Below, piece after piece: positions 12,401 through 24,744 of a stretch of 64,000 nt of DNA (its first letter is position 1; each line of letters starts with the position of its first letter). Under the pieces are notes generated by a model. The model saw only the letters and a list, made by a program, of their open reading frames with translations. It searched no databases and was not told the origin of the DNA. Source of the stretch: Botryllus schlosseri. Taxonomy: Eukaryota. The stretch lies in assembly GCA_051294905.1 (NCBI GenBank), contig CM119383.1, positions 2,852,001 through 2,916,000 of the forward strand, written 5' to 3'. A program made the position numbers and the translations under genes.

Positions 12401-15400
12401 CTGCTTTCTAAAATTGAAAAGTTGAAAAATGAGTTTTGGATAAAAAAAATGTGAATAAGAAGTACAAATAGTCTAAAAACATAACTACTTTGAGTTAGTA
12501 GGCAATAATTACTCGAGCACTCTGCAACAGTAAAAGTGCATTGTTACTGGTTAGTGGTTATACACAACTATACAATTACAGAACTGAGATTGCTCTATGG
12601 ACTAGTTCTCAACTAAATCCTAGGAGCCCACGAAATTCGAATTTTCTATAGAAATGAATACGATTACAAACCACATAAACAACACTTACTGTTTGCTCAT
12701 GCAAGCCCCTTTGATATTGGCAGACACATCCTTGAATACACTCGGAGGAAGTGCCAGGTAGAACAATCTGTTGGCTTGCACGCCGCCAGGAAGTGAATTC
12801 ATGCTGTTGTCCAACTTTTCAAAGGCAGACGCCTCGTTGTAGGCTCCCTGAAATACATAGCTTTGTGAACGGTTGTAGTATTTATACCACATACGGACAT
12901 ATCAGAGTTCTGGAGAATGTATCAACACATTATATGAGGATTTTTCTAGCATGACATCATAGTATGATCATGGAATCACTTCAATTGATGAAATGTTTTG
13001 GAGCCTATTTTTACCTGAAGTTCCAGTACCCTCTGAACAGGAATGGGTTGCAGTATCTTACTAGTCGATATTACATTATAAGCTGGCTTACACTTACTAC
13101 AACTGCATAAGTTTAGTCACCTGTACATACAAAACATTGCCAAAAAACTTCTCAAATTTTTCCTTCTCATCGTCTTTCACCTAAAAGAAAAATTTGTTAT
13201 CATCATTTATTCCCGCATTGAATTTGGGCACGAAAAGACCAACCCAACACTCACTTTCATGAAAGGCAGGACTTTTTCCTTCAGTTGAGGGATTGATAAT
13301 TTTGATCTCGCATACCCAACAATATAAGTGGTTGGTGGAAGAAGGTCATCTCTGTATAACCACCTGAAGTATAATAAAAAATATTTATATTATATATGAA
13401 CTACTGCTACTTTTGCTTACACATGAGTGTACATTTAAAGCATTACTTTTATCCCTACTTGATTAGTGGAAGTATTAAATGAAGGTATGAAAAGTAGCCT
13501 ACCAAGTCAGTAATTTCAAAAACTTGGTTGAAAGGTCACAGTTAGCAGCTTACGCATAATCCCCATTGAAACTAAAAATAGGCGCAAATTTCGAAAATAT
13601 CTTGATTTACCAAGCTACAGGTGCTATTTCGGCCAGTTATTGTGACAATTTCCTCATAAGGTCATTTAAACACACCCTAAAGCAACTTTCTTCTTGTGAA
13701 GGTAGTAGTTTTGCTCTTTAAGTAGAAGTGGAAGTTGTTATTTTGTTATGTATAATAATATCCAAGATGACGGCTACCAGAGCGGCGCAGTAACGACAAT
13801 TCAAGCACGGAATATCCGTCAGATCACGTCAAGTGCTCCATGTTGCAAATCAAAGGATTTAGCAACAATACCAAAGTATCGATTTCACGCGCTGCTAGAT
13901 GCTACAGAAATGCCTGTGGAAGATAGCCAGCAGGCATAATGCAATGGCGATCATCCTATGACACTGGAGAACAGTAATTTGCGATTTGCTTATCGCTCTA
14001 ATTTGAACTGGGGCCGCGATTTACAATTTCAAACCATCAACAATCCCGCAACTACCAACTCGGAAATAGATATATATCCCGTCGTCATAATCGTGTGTAT
14101 TACTGTAATTTTCCGACGCGTATTTTACGCGGGTCTCAAATGATACACAACGCTATACGCTTGCGTATGGGGCCTGTGATAGGCCGGTAATCAGCGCCAT
14201 GCACTGTTCACGCATTGAGCATGCGTTGAGCATCGCTGGCTACGGAATATGCGCGGCACATGTACTTTTACGACACGCATAGCCGCGATTTACCTACAGC
14301 GCACTCACCATAGGGTCGGGAATATCTTCTTTTTCGCCAAATCGCCCTGGAAATATAGCGAAAGATTACGCCAAGGTATGCGCACACTAATAATATCAGG
14401 CTGGGTAGTCGGAAACAACGTTCTCTCAAAACGCGCGCTGTCACGTTTAGCAAAATCATCGCGCGAGGTCAACGACTGAAAGTAATTTACGCTGAATCAT
14501 TGCCGGGTGGTTGACATCGCTCGATCGTTGAGTTAGGATTACCGCAAGTCGCGGTTTTCCGATGGAAACGCGCGATTCGATAGTTTCTCAACTTGTATGC
14601 CTTGCCTATTCATTCTTTCCAATTCTCTACTAGTTGCTGAAGATTACTTCTGACGAGTGTCAGCCGAAAATATTCGGGTTCATTTCCATATGAATATACT
14701 ATTTACTTGTATAAATTTTCCCACCAGCTGTGACTAACAACGATAAATACTTATTGCTTTACCAATAATAGTTGAGCGGCCTTGATTTATGCCGTTCCAG
14801 CATGATAATAGTATTATCTAGGAACATCTTCATCTTTAAATTCCGCGCTAGAAAATCACAGCACTCAACAAACGCGTAACGTTGCGTCCGCAGGATTAAA
14901 GTTTTGAACATTGGCAAACTCTAGCCTTGCAGTCGTGCGTTCGTAACGGAATGAAATCTTCATTAATCAGCAGCTGCTGCCCGTTGATATTTAGATGTAA
15001 GGTAACCCCGCAACGGATAGGTTGTCGATTGTCTTTTTCATAATTTATCAGTTTAAACCCGCCAAAAATGTGATGTTGTAACGTGATAGTCAGGAGTCGC
15101 AAACGTGCAGCTGCGAAGCTGTGATCAACTCGCAGCATTGTCTTGTCGCAAAAAATGCCAAATCATCTATAACGTGATATTGAACTGCCATTATATTCTT
15201 TGCGGTCGCATAAAAGATACATATTTGAGCTCTCCGCATCATTCATACCGTTGTATGAATCGAGTAACTGCGTATTCCAAATTTTCGCAGGCCACGAGAA
15301 GGGGCATATCAACTCGAAATCACACAACGCTAGGGTTACCATACGTCCTCTTTTAAGAGGATTTGTCCTCTTTTTTGAAAGTGTCCTCGGAGGACGCCCT

Positions 15401-16807
15401 TTTGTCCTCTTTTTTGAAAATTCAGGTCATATTAAGAGCAAAATGCGAGTGATATACCGTAAATTAGCACAGAGGTGACGCTCCGACTGGGCGATAGGTT
15501 GACCTTTTTTTTTATTTTTTTTTTAGTTAACCACCCGGCAATGTGGAGGAAGAAACGGTATTTTGGGCTCTGAGCGTGTAAGTTGAACTTTTTTTTTTAG
15601 TCAACCGATCACAAAGTGGGAAAAATTCACCGATTTTTGAGAATTCTTCTCCGGTTTTGCAAGTCTCAAATTTCTGAAAAAGTGTCATCTTTTTAGATTT
15701 CCAAAATATGGTAAGCCTACACAACGCAACTTCGGTAGTTACCAGACATCAACACTTTAATTAATATGCCATCGCGGCGCGTAGCCGCGCCTTCGAACAC
15801 GCCCAATTTTAGGAAAGAGATCAATGCGTTGGCTCATCATCTCGCGCGGCATTAGCCTCGTTTCCATTGATAACCATCGCAATAACCGCTAAGCCTGCGC
15901 AGAAAAACAGGACAACTACCGCTAAAATACATGCCGTAGCGCGCCACGAGCGGCTTCTCAGCCCTGCGTATCATCGCCACAACTTACCGAGTAGCACTTC
16001 ACAGCAGAGCTACTACGTGTCGGCTCATCAAGCCGCCTAAATAGCGCACGGCCGTAACACTGCTAGATAGTCAAAATACCGAGGAATTCGTTATTTTAAG
16101 CGGATAGGAGCGTTAAAATTAAATTTTCTAAATGCCGAGAGCGTGTAGCCGATAACAATTTGAAGCGAATAATCAATTCTCGTGATAATATCGGCAACGC
16201 AGTAACGATTGCGCTGTCATTATTACTATTGATATTGTTGAACAATATATTCATATTGAATTAAAAACATGTCAGAGCTTATCGCCAGCTTCTAGTAGAG
16301 AATTGAAAATAACATTGTATATCAACACTGACGATTAACCCCTGACGTATTTCAATACGAATATATCATTCAAAAGTCACATCAAATATCAATACTGTTC
16401 GAAGCAATAAAAGATGTCCTGATTCGTGTTATCAGCGCGGAAACTAGCGGACTAGAATCCTTTATACAGGCGCAGAATCAATACTGCTCGCAGTAATAAA
16501 AATGTACTAATTCACGAATGGTATATTATAGCTAACTAACTAGTACGGATACAGTACAGACTAACGCCGCGTTGAGCAACAGCTGCTAGGCAGACGCCCG
16601 GTCTCGAGTCGGTTAAATAAGATATACCACGCAAGGCGCAGGTCGTAAAAACATATATATTACCGAAGCTCCTAAGACCACGAAGATGTGAGCTTGCCCG
16701 ACCATAATCTCCATCGACAATGCGCGTCTGAAGCGTGACATGACGTTTTGTCCTTCAGCCTGCTCGGCGCCTTTCAATGGTCCTAACGTGTCTGCGGACT
16801 CGGTCAT
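6419..16807 (-). CDS. G6PD: Glucose-6-phosphate 1-dehydrogenase, complete, 13 coding exons, ~523 aa
   Basis: Exons 16807-16664, 14346-14309, 13363-13255, 13180-13121, 12847-12690, 12009-11851, 11384-11259, 11140-11047, 10729-10513, 9676-9468, 9104-9028, 8912-8820, 6506-6419 (1572 nt, all GT-AG, frame continuous). Diagnostic motifs [66 protein letters not shown]. Confidence 0.98.
6662..7480 (+). mobile_element. Non-autonomous hAT element (family E) with a transposase C-terminal remnant, in the last G6PD intron
   Basis: TIR cagggcgattttttt...aaaaaaatcgccc. 7031-7159 translates [42 protein letters not shown], resembling the hAT dimerisation motif PxSAxxERxFS. Paralogous to 25333-26191. Confidence 0.8.
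8030..8583 (+). mobile_element. MITE family B (gactcgagtc-rich), right TIR truncated
   Basis: Aligns by eye along its length to 17798-18369 and 41070-41601. A further right-end fragment lies at ~9290-9352. Confidence 0.8.
15331..15719 (+). mobile_element. hAT-type MITE family G
   Basis: TIR tagggttaccata / tatggtaagccta. Perfect 8-bp TSD cacaacgc. Paralogs at 50320-50765 and ~63679-63960. Confidence 0.88.
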
Positions 16808-17533
16808 TGTGCCTTCTTTATGCTTAGTCACGGAATATGTAAGTCTGTGAATGGGAGCGATACGCGAGAACAGCGTAACGGCTAAGGCGTGGGCTCTCTG
16901 TTGTCACCTAACGGTTTTGAAAACGAATGCCGGTAAATATACACTCCACAAAGTGTTGCTGATGAGATACGCGCTGACAGACATGGACAATTAGACAATT
17001 GTAGCTGTCTAATTAAACTAATTGGGAGCGAAATGTCGGTAATTTAATTTAAATGTAATTTGCGAAATGTTTCTATGCTCTAATTTTAAATCTAATCTAA
17101 TTCTTGGTTTTCCTGAAAATGCCACACTAGTATAGTTTGAAACAAGCCAGGATTGGTGTATCCCTGTTACATACACATTGTACATTGTACACTTGCACAG
17201 ATATTTGCCTTTCTTGTGCTTATGAGAACGAAAACCCTGATTTGAAAGTGAACTTTATTGTTGTTGTATTTAAGATTGCAATTTAATTCAATTTCTAAGT
17301 TTTTGCGAATTTAGTGATTCTAATTCTAATTCTAATCTAATTTGGAAAAACTAGTCTACATCTAAAGCGATATGTGATGCGTGGAAGACAACAGTGAACA
17401 GTCAATGCAAATGCGGCTTCATTATCAACAGAACACATATTCTTAACGAATTCACCCATAACTGCGTCCGTTGATACAGACTAGGGTAGCTATAATTCTA
17501 TCTAAGTAGCTATAATTCTCTGATTATAAGGAC

Positions 17534-17722
17534 TAGTGCTGTTCAAAAATACCTTTTTATCCAAATAGCGTAGGCTACATGAAAAAATTGTTGGGTTACC
17601 TAATAAAACGCTGCACACCAATTTTGGCTAAATTCCAACCAGAGGCATTGCCATAACAGAAAAAAGATTTGGATTCATTTAGCCTGTAAAATTTGAAAAA
17701 AAGTTATTTTTGAACAGCCCTA
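17534..17722. mobile_element. Short MITE family J
   Basis: TIR tag(t/g)gctgttcaaaaat. One-ended relatives at ~148-247, ~7900-8002 and ~21070-21182. No clear TSD. Confidence 0.6.
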
Positions 17723-17797
17723 GTGTTCATGAAGGTCAATTTCATTTGAGAGACAGATCAACTGAGTAACGAATGTCAATAGTGTGTTAAGGTTAGG

Positions 17798-18369
17798 CAG
17801 GGTTGTAATGACTCGACTCGAGTCACGATTTTCTGATGACATAACTTGACTCAAGTCATTTTCTCAAAATAAGGAAATGACTCGACTCAAGTCAATCTGT
17901 GTATTGACTTGACTTGGGCTCGAGTCAATGCGCATGACTCGAACCAAGTCATATGACTCGAGACTCAGACGGTCAAGACCGACATTTCATTGTAATTTTG
18001 AAGAATAGTAATAGTAAAGTAACCACACTATTAGGATTTCGTCTATTAGTAGCCTACCAGTACTTGAAAATACGGCATAAAAAAACTGGTAAAAGTGAGG
18101 GAAACTAGTATATTATAAATGCGAACCATTCGACATCACCAGAGTTATAAAAAGTGGGTTTGACAAGACTTAAACTGGAAACTGAGCAGTCAACACAATG
18201 ACTCGGACTCGCGGACTAGAGTCATAATAATACCATGACTCGGACTCGACCCTCTGGTCGCTGACTTGACTCGGTGGTGAATTGAAAATGACTCGGCTTG
18301 ACTCGAGTTAAAACTATAAAAGTGAGATTGACTTGTGAGTCTGAGCCTTGTGACTTGGTTACAACCCTG
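17798..18369 (+). mobile_element. MITE family B, full length
   Basis: TIR cagggttgtaa / ttacaaccctg. Perfect 8-bp TSD aggttagg. Confidence 0.92.
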
Positions 18370-19449
18370 AGGTTAGGTGAGGTATCAAGGAATGGACTCT
18401 ATTGATTCAACTATAATGTGACAATTTAGTGCTTGTAAATTTATTGCATATTTTTGATATTCAAACGATTACTACAGCACTTTTGAATGTGTCACTTCAA
18501 TGATTTGTTACTCAATCGATTGAAATGCAACTTTTAAATAAATGACAATGTTGTCAATCAGACTCGGACGAGCTGTACACCACGTGACAATACAATTTAC
18601 ACTATTTTAGCTACAGCTACCTAATAATAAATTCATAGTTTGCTAATGAAATATTACACTGTAGTGCGGGTAGGTATGTGAGAGAGGATTACTGACATAC
18701 ATTTGAATCTGACATGAAATTTTTGCATTTTTATCAGTGAATATACACTGATGTAATCCCCGATCAAATATTCAAAATGTCTTGATATTTCATGATGAAA
18801 ATGAAGAATTATATACAAAAGTGTACCAAGAATAGATAACAATTCACACTCACAAAATGAGACACATACAAGAAAAATATTAATAAAAACCTGATGTGGT
18901 GGGATAGGCCACATATTTTACGACAAATAATACGCAGTTTACTGCATTTGGTTTTGCAGGATAGTGTGTAGCTTACATACTGTGGATTGTGGAAGCAAAT
19001 CTAAAATTTGAGAAAATATTCGCCGTTACTCAGTGAATCTACATTCACTGGGAGACTCTGTTCAAACATCAGACAACTCCCATGTTGAGACACTGGAGCA
19101 TATTATACAGAGATTCAGGACTCATTATGCTATTATTTGAAATAGCGTTTTTTTCTTGCTGATTTCATTTGGAAAAATCTAAACATGCCATTTAGCCTAT
19201 TAAGTAATTTTTTAACTGACCACCCAATATGGAATCGGTGTCTCGTGCACACCAAAGATTCTACTGACTGCACACAGGTGTGACGCCGAGAACCGCCTTG
19301 GCACACCAAAGATATTGCGCTAAGCGTACCGGGATTCCAACCTGGCTGACCACTGTTTACATTTCATACAAACTGCACAAATTCATGACAAATTACATTC
19401 AGACATATCACATATCATATCACATGCAACCATATGATATTCACGTCAG

Positions 19450-20880
19450 GTCTCACCATACTTTGTATTAGATCCAGAGATCGATGAACCCATATTCTGT
19501 ATTAAAAGTCAATCATATCAATACTATATACTATCCACGATTCACGATTGCATACATTAACAAGAATGACAATTTCAACGAAGCAATTTGAAACATTCAA
19601 CATATACATTATTAACGATTTTAAATACCTTACTTCAAGAGATATCGTATAATATCAACTCAGAAGTGGGCACAATCCTAAAAACCTTCTCGAGATTAAC
19701 TCATTCAACCAGTGCAGTAACCCTACAGACAGAATCTATTTGCACGGCTAGCATTTTAGCAGAGAAGTATTTGCCGATTTGCAGAAACTCTCTAGCTCCT
19801 CTAAATTATAATGTAGAAACAAGCTCGCATTTGGGAAAGAATGTAACCTACGATAAAAAATTATTTCAGAACAATCATGCCTTAAAATATATGGAAGTGC
19901 TCCTGGCAAAACGAAGTTGCAAAATATCTCTTTTGATCTTATATTTGTCACGGTAAACTAAAATGACGGATTCGAGGTAAGGTGCCGTGTGCACCGGTGT
20001 GATGTTGAGGCTGTAATTCGATACTTGCAAAACAAACCAGCTAGGCAATTTGCCCAAGAATGCTTCGTCATTATGACCGAGACCGGAATGGTATATTCTT
20101 TCGGTGGCCTGTAAACGACGATGATTCATCGACAATTCAGCTGTTGACATGACAATTTTGCAATTTCGGATGGTGCCGAATCATATCACTATCGAATGTC
20201 ATACTCGATAATATAATCAATATCTGATTTCCATGATTTCCCATTCATGTTTTACATGAATCACTTACAAGTAAAGCCAATGAGCGAATGAAGGTAAGAG
20301 CTTAGATTGGCGCTCTCTTGGCGAAATCGATATGTAAAGCTCGTTTATTTTTGACTTATTGTTGAAAACAAGTCGAATGGTTAGGCTTACGCGAGAACAA
20401 TGATCATGATCAAATTGATCATCCATATCTGTTCGCACTCAAATTCCAAACTAATTCAGCACCAGTTGGCAATATCCGAGACACAAGCGTGCATCATCCC
20501 ATCCCGATTGGTGTTTGTACTAGTAGACACGAGACAGGGAATAGTCGACGTGTCGAGCGAACAACTAGGACAAGCCACAGCGGGCCCGTTTACACAGTGA
20601 CGTGCTCCGAAGCTGACTCGCGCGCCGAGTCTCTCGTTTTCGATGAAGAGAAATGGCAAACTGATTCAAGTCGTTTCTAGCTAGATATTTGCTCCGGAAG
20701 TTCTGCAGTGCAGTAACAATTACAAACCGGTATTTTCGCAGGGTTTTAACTTGTCACGAGGTTCAGGATCACACGTCAATCTAACTCTAATGCTTTTGAC
20801 TCGAATCAAGTCGAGTCATTCTCAATTCTCCACAGAGTAAAATCCAAATCAGGGATCAACGGGTCGAGTCTGAGTCCTTG
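19450..20880 (+). repeat. ~1.4 kb direct duplication, paralog at ~24745-26825
   Basis: Collinear shared blocks: tctcaccatactttgt..agatccagagatcgatgaac; aacaatcatgccttaaaatatatggaagtgctcctgg; cgggccc.tttacac.gtgacg; terminal B-like fragment. Confidence 0.85.
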
Positions 20881-21769
20881 ATTGGTGGATAATCCGAGAG
20901 TTATCAACGAAAAACTCAAATATCTCCCCTTCTACTAGTTGGAATTAAGTTAAATTTGTTTTGCATCGTCTTTGAAGACAACTTAACAATTCCATTGGGT
21001 TGACGGAAAAATTTTAATATTTTTTCAATTTTCTTCAGTTAATTAAAATTTTTAATTGGCTCTGCGGAGGCTTATACTTCTTAGAATTGAACTAAATTTG
21101 GTGTGCAGCGTTTTTTAGGGTAACCTGACAATTTAATCAGTGAATGGCTGGAATCCGGAAAAAAGTTATATTTGAACAGCCTTACTGTACAATTTGTATT
21201 GTACTGTACTATTTGAATTTTTCGTTGATAATTGTCGGATTATCCTTGATCGTTGGGTAATCTGAGAATGATCATAGAAGAACTCAAATAGAACTCAAAA
21301 CTCTCTATCATATCGAGAAATTAATGTATGAGTGCTTGACAGTTGATGCAGTCACTGAGGCAGTGGAATACAGAAAGGCTTGGTGTCCGTAGCATAATAG
21401 GCTACAGCTAAAACTCCAGAAATTTGGATCGGCAACCGGAAATAGCGCCTTTAACTGGGTCACCCAGATTATGCGTTTTCAGCATTGAAATATGATACTG
21501 GTTCGTTAATGGTAAAGTGTGTGCATATAAGACGTCATCTTATTCATTGACAAACCCATGTACAGTGTATACCCATCGAAATATTCATTTTGCGATCTAT
21601 CGGGAGCTGTGCAATGTGTATCCATTGAGAGACTTCGGACAGAACGTGCAAGAGCTGTAGTTGCCGCTTATGGGCACTGCCGGGACCAGTGTGCATTGCT
21701 TCGCGACTTACGACTCGCAACGCGCAACTCGCGATGTTGCGTCGCGAGGTCAGTGTGCAGAGGCCTTTA

Positions 21770-22543
21770 ATAACAAATATCGTGGATCGTAAAAGTTATA
21801 TTTAGTGTAGCTTTATTTTCGTAAAATAGAGGCATTACTACACTTGCTTTTATGCTTCAACATGTATATTCTGCAGACAAAAGAACGGAAAGTAAGTAGA
21901 ACTCAGAGTATGATACTCGGAATTGAAAGTGAAATACAAATACCACTTCTAGAAAGCGGAAAATATATTTCATATATTTTGTCCATAAAGCTTCAGAGGT
22001 GATCTACTAAAACAGGTGTAACGTTCAAAAGATCGGATTTTCCAGATTAGCAGGACACGTCATGGGCTGCTATATTACGATATGATAAGTAATTGCTAGA
22101 TTGCGAAATGGTACTTTCAAATGTTATGGTGGGCAATATTTACTACAATATTTGATATGGGCGACAATGCGGTGTGAGAATAACCAAGCAATCCGGTACC
22201 TAAATTATATTCATTGATATATTTGTGAAAACATATTCGTCACTCCATAACTACTGTGCGCGAAGCGTATCAAAATCTCTGGGCTTTACTTTATTTTTAT
22301 GAATATTAAATGTTGGTACTCCGTGAAAACAGCCCCGAAATTCCTCAGGGTATCTTTCGTATTGGGGAATTAAACTACTTCTACTTGACAAACTGAAAAT
22401 AGCGAAAAGTATGTAGGTAGATCGCAGAATATTACGAAGTAGAAGTAGGGAAAATCAGATCTACTTGAGTAAGTACCAGAAGTAGAGGAAAACTACTTGA
22501 GTACTCCCAAAAAGTAGAAGTACATCGTTACTGACTACCTCTG
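21770..22543 (-). mobile_element. One-ended copy of family H (left arm of the 57040-61775 element)
   Basis: Reverse complement is collinear with ~57040-57830. Ends in TIR tgactacctctg. Confidence 0.8.
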
Positions 22544-23029
22544 CGAAAAGACGCACTCGATTTCAAATTGGTACTTCTTTACTGGCTAATAATTTTTCCC
22601 AGCGGACAGGCATTTGTCTTGTGGGATTCAGATCGCCAGGACAGAACATTCGGCGCCAGCCATTTATAGGCGCCTCTGGACAATTAAACATTGAATATAT
22701 ATCGAAGTTTTCGGTCAGCACAAGGGCAGTCCTTTTCGACCAAGGTCTTCTCATTGCTGATCGTTCTGGCACACTTATCGGAGTTGCATGTTGCATGGCC
22801 GATAACTTCATATGTCTTGGTGCGTCGTGGCGCAGTAATGGCCTACGCCTAAGTGCCCATTTCTATAAATCATGCGTATTTTTTGTTTGGGGAAGGGTGC
22901 CCAATAATCAAGAGATTTGGCAACATTAAATCAAAAGTTGCCAAAATTTTCGAAGAAATACTTCATAATTAATGTTAATTCACGAAATTATTTTGAGCCC
23001 CTTTCAAGCTCCAGGCCCTTACGGTCCTG

Positions 23030-24480
23030 CATGCGATCCACGAAGAAATTCTGGATCAAAAATTGCTTGTATTATCAGGCACACCCAACAAAATCACAGA
23101 TTTTAGTAACAAATACCTTCACCGTAATCCCTGACAGTAAATGTCCAACATGTTAGTCTGCCAAATTTTAACCATTCGACGGAAATGTGGAATTTTCACT
23201 CTAGTCGCTATCAGGTACCATTCGTAGTTATTGACATGGAATTTCGAAATGACAAAAGATCTGTGCACACTCAGTTCATAGTTTTCTGGAAAAAATGTGC
23301 CAAATAAGAGCCATTCACAGTCGAAAACGCCAATGCGAAACATTTGTACGTAACCTATGCTACACACAGAATATAACAGTTGCGCATTATTTGTGATCGC
23401 GCTGCTGTGTAACTTCTGACTCAAAGAGGAACCAGAATGTTGATTTAATAAAAATGAACCAAATTTCAACTTCCGCGTTTACCGGGAAATATATTGCATT
23501 CCTCAAATCGCATATGCAGGGCCAACGCCGCATCACGACTAAAACAAAGGGTGCATAGAAATAAGCCGACATAGTCGTTGGAGCCACTGTTTTTAGCGGT
23601 TTATAGCTGTATTCAATCGGCCAATTATCGTATTTTTTTAGCAATTCCATTGTTTGGTAAGATAGAGGTTGCAATTAAGCAATTGGTATCACGCTGCTGC
23701 GTTTCGACCGAACAATACGATGACACTTTCGAACGTGAAGCCTCGCATTTCTGAATTGGTATCTTAAAGGGAAGAGCAATAAATATTCATATGTTATCAG
23801 TTTATGTGAAGATGCTATTTTAATGGTTTTGTTGATGCACAGTTCATTTTGTGCGCCTGCAATGTATAGTAATTATTAGATGTGTAGTCAGATGTGCACT
23901 GAGGTAGATTTTTGTTTTTATGATTCAGTGAGAATTTGGGGTTCCAAGAAGGGTTGAAGATTAGCGCGAGAGTTGCGCGGGTTGGTAAAGGCTAAGAACC
24001 CATGTACTATATTATGTATTGGCTTGATAATGTAGAATTCCGGGGAGAAGCAAATGTATGGAGTAGGAGGTAACAATTTTAGTCATTTGACTGCCCGCGC
24101 AAGCAATCAAAAAGTTTGAATCCGGCCCGCTGTGCGGTTGACAGTACAAGTACATGTACAGTACATGTACACTGTACACGTACAGTGTACACAGACAGCG
24201 TCTCTCGATACGCTCAATCATTTGGTAATTGTCTGGACTTGGGAGTCCTATATCCTGTTGCGTTTTCATTGTGATTTACGTCAAGGAAACCGCACGCACG
24301 TTTGTTACCATGGAAAATGTGGATAATTCTTAACATAATCTAATTATCCCCGAGCAATCTACAATCTATATTAGTCGCGCCATCGTTGTTGAAGTATTCA
24401 GGCAAAACACACCAACAGCTGCAACCGTGTGATCTCACAGACAGCCTTTTTGCAAACCAACACCTCCCAGCACTTGGGCT
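23030..24480 (+). repeat. ~1.45 kb direct duplication, paralog at ~32290-34015
   Basis: Collinear blocks: ttagtaacaaatac.ttcaccgtaatcc; aaacaaagggtgcatagaaataagccga; ggacttgggagt.ctatatcctgttgcg; gctgcaaccgtgtgatctcacagacag. Confidence 0.85.
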
Positions 24481-24744
24481 CTTCAAAAATGACTTTTTTT
24501 CTCAAATCGTACTGGCTACCTGATAAAATTGTTAGGTTACATAATTTAAGCCTACACACAAAATTTGATTCAATTCCAGCCAGTAACCGCTTTGCTACAG
24601 GAGAAGTAAGTTTCTATTTATTATATAAAAATAAATAATAAAAAATTTGAAAGTTTTCTGTTTACCCCATGAAAGTGTTAGGCTGTCTACAGAAACGATG
24701 CTCATTTTTTTTTTTTAGGGGTAACCATATAATATGCGTGTCAT

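Noticed and set aside
16808-16831. ORF-track extension of G6PD (MTKHKEGT)
   Set aside because: It begins at GTG. The first ATG is at 16807.
20050-20115. FVIMTETGMVYSFG resembling an RCC1 repeat
   Set aside because: No splice context, stops nearby, and the paralogous copy does not conserve it.
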